Source: Caldisericia bacterium
Lineage (GTDB): Bacteria > Caldisericota > Caldisericia > B22-G15
Direction: 5' to 3'
Length of the DNA: 64,000 nucleotides
NCBI GenBank assembly: GCA_030018355.1
Contig: JASEFN010000002.1
Location: forward strand, 46,699 to 110,698
Part shown: one piece after another, positions 51,648-62,656 of the stretch
Numbering within the stretch: position 1 is the first letter of the stretch
Layout of the letters: each line of letters begins with the position of its first letter
Translations under genes and position numbers: made by a program
Notes under the pieces: generated by a model
Told to the model about the DNA's origin: nothing
Databases searched by the model: none
The model's input: the letters and a program-made list of their open reading frames with translations, nothing else

Positions 51648-52379
51648 ATGATTTTAATTTACATTTTAATTTCAACTATAATTGTTAGTTTAATCTCTTT
51701 AATTGGTATATTTTTTATAAATAAAAAAATTGAATATTTGGAAAAAACAAGTTTTTATCTTGTAAGTTTTTCAACTGGTGCCTTACTTACTGGTGCAATT
51801 CTTCATCTTATTCCTGAATCTCTTAATGAAAACACAAATTCTATTTACTCAATTGTTTTTGGAATTTTTCTATTTTTCATCCTTGAAACATTTTTAAAAT
51901 GGAGACATTGCCATGAATTTGGTTGTGAAGAACACACTTTTATACCAATCAATTTACTTGGTGATTCTCTTCATAATTTTATCGATGGAGTTATAATTTC
52001 TTCAAGTTATCTTGTTAATTTTAAACTTGGAATAATTTCGACTCTTAACATTATTTTTCACGAAGTGCCTCAAGAGTTAGGAGATTATGGAGTTTTAATT
52101 TTTGGTGGACTTACGCCAAAAAGGGCTCTTAAACTAAACTTTATTGTTGCTTTGACATCAATTTTAGGAGGAGTTTTTGGATTTTATTTGTTAGAAAAAT
52201 TTGAGGATTTAATTCCATATGTTATAGGTTTAACTGCTGGAAATTTTTTATATCTTTCACTTACAGATTTAATTCCTGAACTTCATAAAAAGGTTTCTAT
52301 AAAAAATAATATTGAAAAAACTGTATTTATTTTAATTGGTATATTAATTATGATTTTATTTAAAATTTTCTTTGAATAG
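51648..52379 (+). CDS. ZIP family metal transporter
   Basis: HLIPE, WRHCH, HNFIDG, HEVPQELGD, DLIPEL. Confidence 0.92.
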   Translation: MILIYILISTIIVSLISLIGIFFINKKIEYLEKTSFYLVSFSTGALLTGAILHLIPESLNENTNSIYSIVFGIFLFFILETFLKWRHCHEFGCEEHTFIPINLLGDSLHNFIDGVIISSSYLVNFKLGIISTLNIIFHEVPQELGDYGVLIFGGLTPKRALKLNFIVALTSILGGVFGFYLLEKFEDLIPYVIGLTAGNFLYLSLTDLIPELHKKVSIKNNIEKTVFILIGILIMILFKIFFE

Positions 52380-54935
52380 TTTTTTAGATTGAAGATATTT
52401 TATAAACTCAAATGTTATTGCAGGAAGGAAAGAGAAGGGGAAATATTCAAAAAAGATAGGTTTTAGAGGAGTTAAAGAAAAAACTTTATCAAAAATTGGA
52501 ACATAAATTATTAAAAGAGATAAAGCAATAGAAATAAAAACAGAATAATTTAAAAATTTATTATTAAATATATTTTTTAATTTTATAGGTTTAAATTCAG
52601 TTTTATTTGCATATGCTCTTATTAATTCAGCAATTATTAAAGTTATAAGTGCCCCTGTTTGTGCTTGTTCCAAAGTTCCACCACTTTTTAAAATATTTAT
52701 AAAAGTAAAAAGCGTAATAAGAGCCTCAACAAGAGCACTTGCTAAAATTCCAATTAAATTACCCCTATTTAAAATTTTTTCATTTGGTTTTCTTGGTGGT
52801 AAATCCATAATCCCCTCCTCTTCTGGTTCAACACCAAGAGCAAGAGCAGGAAATGCATCTGAGATTAAATTTAGATAAAGAAGATGAATTGGTTTAAAAG
52901 GAATTGGTAAATTCATAATTGTTGCAAATAGAATAATTAATACTTCACCAATATTACAACTCAATAGAAACATAACCACCTTTTTAATGTTTGAATATAT
53001 TCTTCTTCCCTCTCTTATTGCCTCAACAATTGTTGCAAAATTATCATCTGTTAAAACGATATCTGATGCCTCTTTTGAAACATCAGTTCCAGTTATTCCC
53101 ATTGCTATTCCAACATCTGCTTTTTTTAATGCTAATGCATCATTTATTCCATCGCCTGTTACAGCAACTTTTTCTCCCAGATTTTTTAACTCCTCTACAA
53201 TTTTAAGTTTTGTATGAGGTGAAACTCTTGCAAAAACATTTTTCTTATTAATAATTTCAATTAAATTTTCTTCATTATTTAATTCTTTTTCATCAATTGC
53301 CTCATTATCATCATTAATTATTTTTAATTTTTTACCAATACTAATTGCTGTAATTTTATGGTCTCCTGTAACCATCTTTACTTTAATTCCTGCTCTTTTT
53401 GAGTTCTCTATTGCTTTATAAACCTCTTCTCTTGGAGAATCTTCCATAGCAATTAAACCTAAAAATATAAGATCTTTTTCATAATCTTCCCTCTTTTCAT
53501 TTACCAATCTTTTATATGCAACACCTAAAACTCTTAATCCCTCTTTTCCCATCTTTTCATTTTCTATTAAAATATCATTAATAATTTCTTCTATTGGTTT
53601 AATTTCAATTCCATCATGATAAAATTCACATCTATTTAGTAAAATTTCAGGAGCACCTTTTGTAAAGACATATTTATTTTCTCCATCACTATTTATTGTT
53701 GACATAAGTTTTCTATCTGAATCAAACTGAATTTCATCAATTCTAATAAAGCGTTTCTCTAAATCTTCTTTTACAAAACCATTTTTAACTGCATGCTTTA
53801 AGAGAGCAACTTCTGTTGGATCACCAAAATCTCTTTCTCCCTCTTGAATTTTTGCATCATTACATAAAACAATTGCAAGATAAAAAAAATCTTTTGGACC
53901 TAAAATAACTTCTTTTACTACATTTAATTCATTTTTTGTAAGAGTTCCAGTTTTATCTGAAAGGATTGTTGTAACAGAACCAAGTGTTTCAACAGAAGAA
54001 AGATTTCTTACAATTGCTTTTTTTATTGCCATTGCTTTTACTCCAAGAGCAAGAACAATAGTTACTACTGCAGGAAGACCTTCTGGAACTGCAGCAACTG
54101 CAAGAGCGACTGCTGTCATAAATGAAGTTATAAATGGAAGTCCCCTTATAACTGATAAAACAAAAATTCCAAGACAAGCCAATAGAAATAGTTGTCCTAA
54201 ACTTTTTCCAAGTTGATCAAGTTTTATTTCAAGAGGAGTTTTTTCTTCTTCAATCTCTTCAAGAATTTTTCCAATTTTTCCAATTTCAGTGTTAACCCCT
54301 GTTGCAAAAACCACACCCTTTCCTCTTCCATATACAACTGTTGACCCAGAAAATACAATATTTTTTCTATCATGTATAGGTAAATCATCTTTTTCAATTT
54401 CTTCTTGAGTTTTATCAACTGGAAATGATTCACCAGTTAAAAAGGCTTCCTCAACCCTTAAATTTTTTTGTTCTATAACTCTTAAATCTGCACCAACTTT
54501 ATCTCCTGTTTCCAACACAACAATGTCTCCAGGGACAATTTCTCTTGTTTTTATTTGAATAATTTTTCCATCTCTTATAACTTTTGAAGTTGGTGAAGAA
54601 AGTTCTTTAAGTGCTTTTAAACTTTTTTCTGCATTTATCTCTTGATAAATTCCTATAAAAGCATTAATAATAACAATTGCAATTATTGCTAAACTATCAA
54701 TTAATTCACCTAAAATTAAAGAGATTATGGCAGAAAAAATTAAAATTAAAACAAGAAAATTTTTAATCTGATAATACAACCTTACAAATATTGATTTTGG
54801 TTTTTTAGGTGGTATTTCATTAAATCCATAAATCTTAAGCCTCTCCTTTGCCTCTTCTTGTGATAAACCAAACTCAAAATCTGTTTTTAAAATTGATTTA
54901 ATCTCTTCTTTTTTAAGTTTCCATATCTTTTCCAA
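52356..54935 (-). CDS. P2A-type (Ca2+-like) cation-transporting ATPase
   Basis: LTGES, VPEGLP, DKTGTLT, KGAPE, TGDGIND, NLISD.FPALALG; GGAGG with TTG start. Confidence 0.93.
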   Translation of the reverse strand: MEKIWKLKKEEIKSILKTDFEFGLSQEEAKERLKIYGFNEIPPKKPKSIFVRLYYQIKNFLVLILIFSAIISLILGELIDSLAIIAIVIINAFIGIYQEINAEKSLKALKELSSPTSKVIRDGKIIQIKTREIVPGDIVVLETGDKVGADLRVIEQKNLRVEEAFLTGESFPVDKTQEEIEKDDLPIHDRKNIVFSGSTVVYGRGKGVVFATGVNTEIGKIGKILEEIEEEKTPLEIKLDQLGKSLGQLFLLACLGIFVLSVIRGLPFITSFMTAVALAVAAVPEGLPAVVTIVLALGVKAMAIKKAIVRNLSSVETLGSVTTILSDKTGTLTKNELNVVKEVILGPKDFFYLAIVLCNDAKIQEGERDFGDPTEVALLKHAVKNGFVKEDLEKRFIRIDEIQFDSDRKLMSTINSDGENKYVFTKGAPEILLNRCEFYHDGIEIKPIEEIINDILIENEKMGKEGLRVLGVAYKRLVNEKREDYEKDLIFLGLIAMEDSPREEVYKAIENSKRAGIKVKMVTGDHKITAISIGKKLKIINDDNEAIDEKELNNEENLIEIINKKNVFARVSPHTKLKIVEELKNLGEKVAVTGDGINDALALKKADVGIAMGITGTDVSKEASDIVLTDDNFATIVEAIREGRRIYSNIKKVVMFLLSCNIGEVLIILFATIMNLPIPFKPIHLLYLNLISDAFPALALGVEPEEEGIMDLPPRKPNEKILNRGNLIGILASALVEALITLFTFINILKSGGTLEQAQTGALITLIIAELIRAYANKTEFKPIKLKNIFNNKFLNYSVFISIALSLLIIYVPIFDKVFSLTPLKPIFFEYFPFSFLPAITFEFIKYLQSKKLFKENFK

Positions 54936-54987
54936 AATAACCTCCGACTTTTAATATTTTATCAAATTTTTGGTATTATTAAATTTG

Positions 54988-56208
54988 ATGAATATTTTAT
55001 TAAAGATTTTAGTTTTATTTATTTTTTATATTTATGGTTCAATACCTTTTGGTCTTATTTTTGTTAAAAAGACAAAAGGGGTAGATATTAGGAAAGTTGG
55101 TAGTGGCAATATTGGTGCAACAAATGTTTTAAGAGTAGCAGGTTTTTCAGTTGCACTTTTCTCTGGTCTTTTTGATTTATCAAAAGGTCTAATACCAGTT
55201 CTTATATGTAAATATATTTTTCATTTTGAGCCAATTTTTCTATTTTTATCAGGTTTTTCTGGTGTTTTAGGACATGATTTTTCTATTTTTTTAAAATTTA
55301 AAGGTGGAAAAGGTATAGCATCTTCTCTCGGAATGATTATTGGCTTGAACCCAGTTGTTGCAATGATCGAAATTTTTATTTTTATAATAACCTTAATAGT
55401 TAAAAGAATTGTTTCAATTTCATCAATTGTTTCTCTTATTACACTTCCATTTGTTTTCCTTATTTTTAAAAATTTTGAATACTCAACTCTCTCAATTTTA
55501 TTATCAATTTTAGGAATTTTAAGACACAAAGATAATATCGAAAGAATTATTTTTGGAGTAGAGTCAAAATTTGGTGAAAAAGAGAAAATAAGAGAGACAA
55601 AAATATTTAGTGCTGATTTTGAAAATATTGATGAAATAAAAAAATTTCTTGAAAATGGTGGAATTGGAATAATTCCAACTGATACAGTTTATGGATTGTG
55701 TTGTAATGCTTTGAATAAAGATGCAATAAAAAGAGTATATAAAATTAAAAAAAGAGATCTTAGTAAACCCCTTGTTCTTTTTGTGAAAGATGAAAAAGAA
55801 ATTGAAAGATATGGAGTTGTTGATGAATCAAGTAGAAAAATAATAGAAAAGTTTATTCCAGGAGAAACAACAATTGTTTTAAAGAAAAAAGATCCAAATT
55901 TTTCAATTTCATTAAAAAAATTTGATACTTTAGGATTTAGAATCCCAAAGAGCGAATTTATTATAAATCTCTTGAAATCCCTTGATTTTCCACTTGCCAC
56001 AACAAGTGCAAATATTTCAGGTGAAAAAACACCAACAAATTTAGATGGTTTAAAAAGAATTTTTAATGGAGTTGTTGATTTTATTGTAGATGGAGGAGAG
56101 TTAGGAGGAGTTCCATCAACTGTTGTTGAAGTTGTTGATGGAAATATAAATGTTTTAAGAGAAGGAAAAATAAAAAAGGAAGAAATTATAAATATTTTAA
56201 AGGAGTGA
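54988..56208 (+). CDS. plsY-tsaC: Fusion of glycerol-3-phosphate acyltransferase PlsY and L-threonylcarbamoyladenylate synthase TsaC/YrdC
   Basis: N-half [20 protein letters not shown]...[16 protein letters not shown]-half [35 protein letters not shown]; one frame, no stop; start placed at ATG 54988. Confidence 0.92.
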   Translation: MNILLKILVLFIFYIYGSIPFGLIFVKKTKGVDIRKVGSGNIGATNVLRVAGFSVALFSGLFDLSKGLIPVLICKYIFHFEPIFLFLSGFSGVLGHDFSIFLKFKGGKGIASSLGMIIGLNPVVAMIEIFIFIITLIVKRIVSISSIVSLITLPFVFLIFKNFEYSTLSILLSILGILRHKDNIERIIFGVESKFGEKEKIRETKIFSADFENIDEIKKFLENGGIGIIPTDTVYGLCCNALNKDAIKRVYKIKKRDLSKPLVLFVKDEKEIERYGVVDESSRKIIEKFIPGETTIVLKKKDPNFSISLKKFDTLGFRIPKSEFIINLLKSLDFPLATTSANISGEKTPTNLDGLKRIFNGVVDFIVDGGELGGVPSTVVEVVDGNINVLREGKIKKEEIINILKE

Positions 56209-56212
56209 GTTT

Positions 56213-56659
56213 ATGAAAATAGCAATTGGATCAGATCATGCTGGTTTTGAGTTAAAAGAGGAGATAAAAAAATATCTTTGCACTGAACATGACACAATAG
56301 ATGTAGGAACAAATTCAACAGAATCAACAGATTACCCTGATTTTGCAAAAAAGGTTTGTGATCTAATTTTAAAAAAAGAGGTTGATTTAGGAATTCTTAT
56401 ATGCGGCACAGGAATAGGCATGAGTATAACAGCAAATAAATTTAAAGGTATCTATGCAGCGCTTTGTTATGATAAAAATACTGCTAGTTTATCAAGAAGA
56501 CACAATAACGCAAATGTTTTATGTATTGGAGGAAGAACCACAAAAAAAGAGGATGCAATTGAGATTGTAAAAACATTTTTAGAGGAGAGTTTTGAGGGTG
56601 AAAGACATGAGAGAAGATTAAATAAGATAAAAGATATTGAAGAAAAAAATTTTAAATAG
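56213..56659 (+). CDS. rpiB: Ribose-5-phosphate isomerase B
   Basis: [30 protein letters not shown]. Confidence 0.95.
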   Translation: MKIAIGSDHAGFELKEEIKKYLCTEHDTIDVGTNSTESTDYPDFAKKVCDLILKKEVDLGILICGTGIGMSITANKFKGIYAALCYDKNTASLSRRHNNANVLCIGGRTTKKEDAIEIVKTFLEESFEGERHERRLNKIKDIEEKNFK

Positions 56660-56668
56660 AGGTAGTCT

Positions 56669-59260
56669 ATGATTTGTGATATATGTCATAAAAGAGAAGC
56701 AGATTATACAATAACAAGAATTGTTGATGGAGAAAAGAAAGTAATTCATATTTGTGAAGAGTGTGCAAGAGAACATGGGTATATAAAAGATGAATTTTCT
56801 TTCTTTTCTCCATTTGACTCCTTTTTTGAAGATGAGTTTTCAAAATTTTTCTCAGCACCAAGAGAAAGTGCAATAACTTATGAATTTACTGGTGAAGCAG
56901 AAGAGGTTATTTTAGAATCACAAAATATTGCAACTGAACTTGGAGAAGAGGAAATTAAAACTGAACACCTTCTTCTTGCTCTTTTAAAAAGAAGTGATTA
57001 TGTAAAAAATCTTCTTTTTGATTTAAATTTTGATCTTAAAGAAATTGAGACAGAAGTTCTTTCAACTATGAAAAAGAAAGATAGAAAACCAAAAGAGATA
57101 TCTTTATCTCCTAGGGTTAAAAGGGTTATTGATCTTGCACAAAAAGAAGCAAGTGGACTTGGAAGTGAATATATCGGACCAGAACACCTTCTTCTTGGTT
57201 TAATTGATGAAGGAGAGGGTGTTGCTGCAAAAATTTTAAAAGAAAAAGGTTTAAACAGAGATAAAATAATTTCTTATCTTGAGAAAAAAGAAAGAAAAGT
57301 AAAAGAGAAAAGACAAACCAAAACACCAACACTTGATCAATTTTCAAGAGATCTTACTCAACTTGCTCGTGAAGGTAAACTTGATCCTGTCATTGGTAGA
57401 GAAAAAGAGATAGCAAGAACTTTAAGAATATTGTCAAGAAGAACAAAAAACAATCCAGTTCTTATTGGTGAACCAGGAGTTGGAAAAACAGCAATTGTTG
57501 AGGGAATTGCTCAAAGAATAGTCCAAGGAAGAGTTCCAGATATTTTAAAGGACAAAAGAGTTGTTGCATTAGATATTCCTGCTATTGTTGCTGGCACTAA
57601 ATATAGAGGAGAATTTGAAGAGAGGTTAAAAAAGATAGTTGATGAAATAAGAGAATCACGAGGAGAGATTATTGTTTTTATTGATGAACTTCATACAGTT
57701 GTTGGAGCAGGTGGAGCAGAAGGTGCAGTTGATGCATCAAATATACTTAAACCTCCACTTGCAAGAGGAGAACTTCAATGTATTGGCGCAACAACTATAA
57801 ATGAATATAGAAAATATATTGAGAAAGATCCTGCTCTTGAAAGAAGATTTCAACCAGTTTTAGTTTCTGAACCAACCGTTGAGGAGACAATTGAAATTTT
57901 AAAAGGTTTAAGAGATAAATATGAAGCACATCATGGAGTTAAGATTACAGATGAAGCAATAGTTCAAGCAGCCATTTTAGCAGATAAATATATAACAGAT
58001 AGATTTTTACCAGATAAAGCAATTGATTTAATTGATGAGGCAGCTTCAAAGGTTAAATTTGATGTTAAAAAAGAACCTGACGAACTTAAAAAACTTGAAG
58101 ATGAATTAAAGAAAGTTATAAGAGAAAAAGAGGCTAAGATTAAAACTGAAGATTATGAAAAAGCAGCAAAACTTAAAAAACTTGAAGATGAATTAAAAAA
58201 GAAAATCGAAGATTTAAAGAAAAAGTGGGATAAAGAAAAAGGATCATCAGTTCCAGTTGTAACTCAAGAGGATATTGCTCAAGTTGTCTCAGAGTGGACT
58301 AATATTCCTGTAACAAAACTCGTTGAAGAGGAGATCAGCAAATTAAAGAGAATGGAGGAGCACTTACACAAAAGAATTATTGGACAAGATGAAGCAATAA
58401 AAGCAGTTTCAGAAGCAATAAGAAGAGCAAGAGCAGGACTTAAAGATCCAAATAAACCAATTGGTTCATTTTTGTTTTTAGGTCCTACTGGTGTAGGAAA
58501 AACAGAACTTGCAAAAACTCTTGCAGAATTTCTTTTTGGAGATGAGAATGCGATGATAAGATTAGATATGAGTGAATTTATGGAAAAACATACTGTTTCT
58601 AAATTAATTGGAGCGCCTCCTGGTTATGTTGGTTTTGAAGAAGGAGGTCAACTTACTGAGGCAGTAAGAAGAAGACCGTATTCTGTTATACTTCTTGATG
58701 AAATTGAAAAAGCACATCCTGATGTATTTAACATACTTTTACAGATCTTAGATGACGGAAGATTGACTGATTCAAAAGGAAGAACAGTTGATTTCAAAAA
58801 TACAATAATAATTATGACTTCTAATCTTGGAAGTGATATTCTTTTGAAAGTTGATCCAAATGACAAAGAGAATTTTGAGAAAGCAAAAAAAGAAGTTTTA
58901 GAACTTCTTAAATATAAGTTTAGACCAGAATTTTTAAATAGAATTGATGAAATAATTGTTTTTCATAAATTAACAAAAGATCAAATTAAAGAAATAGTTA
59001 ATCTTTTGATTGAAAGAGTTAGAAAAACACTTATGTCTCAAGGAATTGATTTAAAACTCACAGACAGAGCAACTGAAAAAATTGCTGAAATTGGATTTGA
59101 TCCAATTTTTGGTGCAAGACCATTAAGAAGAACAATTCAAAGAGAGATTGAAAATGAAATTGCAAAAAGATTGCTTGATAAAGAATTTGAAAAAGGTGAT
59201 ACAATAATAGTTGATTTTGAAAATGATAAGTTTATTTTTAAGAAGGAGGTAAAAGAGTGA
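56669..59260 (+). CDS. Hsp100/Clp ATPase with N-terminal Zn finger plus Clp-N domain (ClpG/ClpC-like)
   Basis: CDIC...CEEC, two EHLLL repeats, GEPGVGKT and GPTGVGKT Walker A motifs, short coiled-coil M domain. Confidence 0.92.
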   Translation: MICDICHKREADYTITRIVDGEKKVIHICEECAREHGYIKDEFSFFSPFDSFFEDEFSKFFSAPRESAITYEFTGEAEEVILESQNIATELGEEEIKTEHLLLALLKRSDYVKNLLFDLNFDLKEIETEVLSTMKKKDRKPKEISLSPRVKRVIDLAQKEASGLGSEYIGPEHLLLGLIDEGEGVAAKILKEKGLNRDKIISYLEKKERKVKEKRQTKTPTLDQFSRDLTQLAREGKLDPVIGREKEIARTLRILSRRTKNNPVLIGEPGVGKTAIVEGIAQRIVQGRVPDILKDKRVVALDIPAIVAGTKYRGEFEERLKKIVDEIRESRGEIIVFIDELHTVVGAGGAEGAVDASNILKPPLARGELQCIGATTINEYRKYIEKDPALERRFQPVLVSEPTVEETIEILKGLRDKYEAHHGVKITDEAIVQAAILADKYITDRFLPDKAIDLIDEAASKVKFDVKKEPDELKKLEDELKKVIREKEAKIKTEDYEKAAKLKKLEDELKKKIEDLKKKWDKEKGSSVPVVTQEDIAQVVSEWTNIPVTKLVEEEISKLKRMEEHLHKRIIGQDEAIKAVSEAIRRARAGLKDPNKPIGSFLFLGPTGVGKTELAKTLAEFLFGDENAMIRLDMSEFMEKHTVSKLIGAPPGYVGFEEGGQLTEAVRRRPYSVILLDEIEKAHPDVFNILLQILDDGRLTDSKGRTVDFKNTIIIMTSNLGSDILLKVDPNDKENFEKAKKEVLELLKYKFRPEFLNRIDEIIVFHKLTKDQIKEIVNLLIERVRKTLMSQGIDLKLTDRATEKIAEIGFDPIFGARPLRRTIQREIENEIAKRLLDKEFEKGDTIIVDFENDKFIFKKEVKE
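58083..58197 (+). repeat. 28-nt direct repeat (58083-58110, 58170-58197) in the Clp M domain
   Basis: aacttaaaaaacttgaagatgaattaaa twice, 87 nt apart, encoding LKKLEDELK. Confidence 0.8.
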
Positions 59261-59478
59261 GAGAACTTTTATTATTCATTCAACTCATTGTATGTTTAGT
59301 TACTATTCTTTCAATTATGTTTCAAACACCAAAAGGAGCAGGATTAGGAGCAATTTCTGGTGGTGCACACCTATTTCATCTTCAAAAAAGGAAAGACGCA
59401 ATCTTAAGTAAAATTGCACTTGTTGGCGCAATTGCTTTTGGAATTCTCTCCTTGACTTTAACAATTTTAGGGGTATAA
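59257..59478 (+). CDS. secG: Preprotein translocase subunit SecG
   Basis: Two TM helices with [14 protein letters not shown] loop; followed by tRNA-Leu. Confidence 0.9.
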   Translation: MRELLLFIQLIVCLVTILSIMFQTPKGAGLGAISGGAHLFHLQKRKDAILSKIALVGAIAFGILSLTLTILGV

Positions 59479-59491
59479 TTTTTATTTTGAT

Positions 59492-59576
59492 GCCGGGATG
59501 GCGGAATTGGCAGACGCGTACGTTTGAGGTGCGTATGGGGAGACCCGTCCGGGTTCAAGTCCCGGTCCCGGCACCA
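59492..59576 (+). tRNA. tRNA-Leu(GAG)
   Basis: GCCGGGATGGCGGAATTGGCAGACGCG-TACGT-TTGAGGT-GCGTA, long variable arm, GGTTCAAGTCC, CCA. Confidence 0.95.
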
Positions 59577-59680
59577 AAATCATAAATTTTCTAATATAAA
59601 TTTTTTCCAATTTTTCAACATATCTAAATAAATTTTCTTTATTATTTGTATAAAATTTTAATTTTGTTATAATTAGATTA

Positions 59681-62656
59681 ATGAATAAAATTAACGAATC
59701 AATAGTTCATATTTTTGATAATTTAGAAAATCATGTCTCATTTATTTTGGAAAATGAAAAGATAAAATCTATCAGTAAAAATTTTTATAAAATTTTAAAT
59801 TTCAAAGAGGAAGAATTGATTGGGAAAGAGATAAAAGAATTTTTTTTAGATGAAAAAGAATATTTAGAATTTAAAAAGAATATGACAATAAATGAACAGA
59901 AAATTTTTAAAATTAAATTAAAAGATAAAAGTGGTAATGTTAAAACTTTTAAAAGTGTATTAGTTAATCTTGAAATTAATAAGAATTTATTGATTTTATA
60001 TGATATTTCTGAAAAGATTAAAAAAGAAACTTTAAACAAAATTCTTTATGAGATATCAAATTTAGCCTTTAGAGTAAAAAATCTTCAAGAGTTATTGGAA
60101 GAGATTCATAAGTTGTTAAAAGAGTATATTTATGCAGAAAATTTTTATATTTCTTTAATAGATGAGAGTGGAGATTATATCTATTTTCCATATTTCGTTG
60201 ATTTAAAAGATGAGAAACCCACACCAAGAAAAAGAAGAGGCGGAATCACAGAATATATTTTAGAAAGAGGCGAGCCAACTCTTTTAAAAAGAGAAGAAAT
60301 AGAAAAATTGAGAGAAGAGGGAAAACTTATTTTTTATGGAACATGTCCTGAATATTATATAGGTGCTCCCCTAAGAGTTTTCGATAAATTAATTGGAGTT
60401 ATAGCACTTCAAAGTTATGATAAAGATATAACTTATGATGAAGATGATTTAAATTTAATCTCATTTTTAAGTAAGCAAATTTCTTATGTAATTGAAAGAT
60501 TAAAAAGTGAAAATGAAAGAACTTCATTAATTAAAAACATTAAAGGTTTTGTTTTTACAATAACACTTGAAAGAGAAAAAATAAAAATAATTGAAATTGA
60601 AGGAAATTTTGAAGAAATTACTGGTTATAAAAAAGATGAAATTTTAAAAGAAAGGAATGACCTCAAATCTTTAATTCATAAAGAAGATTATGAAAAAATT
60701 AAAAAATTATTTTTAGATGTTTATGAATTAAAAGATAAGACCTTAACTGAAATTTTTAGAATAATTACTAAAAGTGGTGAAATAAAATGGGTAAGCATAA
60801 ATTTATCAATTTTAAAAATTGAAATTCCTGAAGTCAAGATAGTTCAAGGTATTATAACTGATATAACAGAAAGTATAAAAACAAAAGAAAAATTTTTTGA
60901 GACAGAGGCAAAATATAAGAGAATTCTTGATAATTCAAGAGACATTATTTTTAGATATGCTTTTTATCCAAAAAAAGGTTTTGAGTATATTAATAATATT
61001 GTAACTGAAATTACAGGTTATACTCCAGAAGAGCATTACAATGATCCTGATTTATTTTTTAAAATAGTTCATCCTGAAGATAAAATTTTACTCCAAAAAA
61101 TTATATCAGGCGAGATAAAAGACCCCATTGTTTTAAGATTTATAAGAAAAGATGGAAAAATAGTTTATTTAGAACAAAATAATTGGTTTATTAAAGATAA
61201 AAATGGAAATGTAGTTGCTATAGAGGGAATATTTAGAAATGTAACAAAAAGAAAAGTCCTTGAGGAGAGTCTAAAAGAAAGCGAGAAAAGATTTAGAACC
61301 CTTTTTGAAAATGCTCCACTTGGTATTACATTAACTAGTAAAAACGGTGAAATTTTATATTGTAATCCAAAATATGAAGAGATCATGGGTTATAAAGTTG
61401 ATGAACTAAAAAATAAAACTTGGATGGAGTTAACATATCCAGAAGATATAAAAGAAGATTTAGAAAAATTTAATAAATTAATAAAAGGAGAGTTATATTC
61501 TTATTCAGTTGAAAAAAGAGCAATTAGAAAAGATGGAAAAGTAATTTGGATAAATCTTAAAGTTGTTAGAGTAGATGATGAAAAAGGAGATTTCCTTTAT
61601 GAAATTGCTATGATAGAAGATATAACAGAAAAGAAAATGTTAGAGAAAGCAGTTCAGGAAAGCATGAAAAGATTTAGAACCCTTTTTGAAAAATCACCTG
61701 TTGGTATAACAATGAGTGATATAGACGGAAAGATTATCGCATCAAATGAAGCATATTTAAAAATAATTGGATATAGTTTAGATGAAATAAAAAAGGTTTC
61801 TTGGAAAGAATATACATATCCAGAAGATATAGATAAAGATTGGAATTTATTTAAAAAATTAATAAATAGAGAAATTGACTCATATTCTATTGAAAAAAGA
61901 TATATAAGAAAAGATGGAGAAATTATATATGCAAGATTAAATTGTGCAGCAGTTTTTGATGAGAATGGTGAATTTCAATTTGAATTTGCAATAATTGAAG
62001 ATATAACCGAAGAAAAAAAGTTGAAACATGAAATTGAAGAAAGTAGAGAAAAACTCGCAAGATCTCTTGAAAATATTTTAAATCTAATAACAAAAATAAC
62101 AGAAATAAAAGATCCCTATACTTTAGGTCATCAAAGAAGAGTTGCCCTTCTTGCAACAAAAATCGCAAAAAAGATGAATTTACCAGAAGAAACAATTGAA
62201 AAAATAAGAATTGCATCATTTTTACATGATATTGGAAAATTAACACTTCCAGTTGAAGTTTTAAATAAAGGTGGAAAACTCTCAGAAAATGAATTTTCAC
62301 TTATAAAAGAGCACTCTAAAAATGGATATGAAATAATTAAAAAAATTGAAAATTTTATACCAATAGCAGAAATAGTTCTTCAACATCATGAAAGGTTAAA
62401 TGGTTCAGGATATCCTTTTGGTTTAAAAGATGATGAAATTCTTCTTGAAGCAAGAATAATTGCTGTTTGTGATGTTTTTGAAGCAATGACTTCACATAGA
62501 CCATATAGACCAGCATATAGTGTGGAGGATGCTTTAAAAGAGTTAAAAAATTATAAAGGAATTTTATATGACCCTCAAGTTGTTAATGCTTTAGAAGAGT
62601 TAATTTTAAATAATGAAATAAACATAAAATTTTTAAATGGAAAAAATAAATCTTAA
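59681..62656 (+). CDS. Multi-PAS/GAF HD-GYP cyclic-dinucleotide phosphodiesterase
   Basis: PAS, GAF, four further PAS/PAC units; LHDIGK, HHERLNGSGYP, DVFEAMTSHRPYR. Confidence 0.92.
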   Translation: MNKINESIVHIFDNLENHVSFILENEKIKSISKNFYKILNFKEEELIGKEIKEFFLDEKEYLEFKKNMTINEQKIFKIKLKDKSGNVKTFKSVLVNLEINKNLLILYDISEKIKKETLNKILYEISNLAFRVKNLQELLEEIHKLLKEYIYAENFYISLIDESGDYIYFPYFVDLKDEKPTPRKRRGGITEYILERGEPTLLKREEIEKLREEGKLIFYGTCPEYYIGAPLRVFDKLIGVIALQSYDKDITYDEDDLNLISFLSKQISYVIERLKSENERTSLIKNIKGFVFTITLEREKIKIIEIEGNFEEITGYKKDEILKERNDLKSLIHKEDYEKIKKLFLDVYELKDKTLTEIFRIITKSGEIKWVSINLSILKIEIPEVKIVQGIITDITESIKTKEKFFETEAKYKRILDNSRDIIFRYAFYPKKGFEYINNIVTEITGYTPEEHYNDPDLFFKIVHPEDKILLQKIISGEIKDPIVLRFIRKDGKIVYLEQNNWFIKDKNGNVVAIEGIFRNVTKRKVLEESLKESEKRFRTLFENAPLGITLTSKNGEILYCNPKYEEIMGYKVDELKNKTWMELTYPEDIKEDLEKFNKLIKGELYSYSVEKRAIRKDGKVIWINLKVVRVDDEKGDFLYEIAMIEDITEKKMLEKAVQESMKRFRTLFEKSPVGITMSDIDGKIIASNEAYLKIIGYSLDEIKKVSWKEYTYPEDIDKDWNLFKKLINREIDSYSIEKRYIRKDGEIIYARLNCAAVFDENGEFQFEFAIIEDITEEKKLKHEIEESREKLARSLENILNLITKITEIKDPYTLGHQRRVALLATKIAKKMNLPEETIEKIRIASFLHDIGKLTLPVEVLNKGGKLSENEFSLIKEHSKNGYEIIKKIENFIPIAEIVLQHHERLNGSGYPFGLKDDEILLEARIIAVCDVFEAMTSHRPYRPAYSVEDALKELKNYKGILYDPQVVNALEELILNNEINIKFLNGKNKS
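61285..61692 (+). repeat. 27-nt exact repeat marking a 381-nt tandem PAS duplication
   Basis: gaaaagatttagaaccctttttgaaaa at 61285-61311 and 61666-61692; acatatccagaagatata also recurs at about the same period. Confidence 0.8.
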
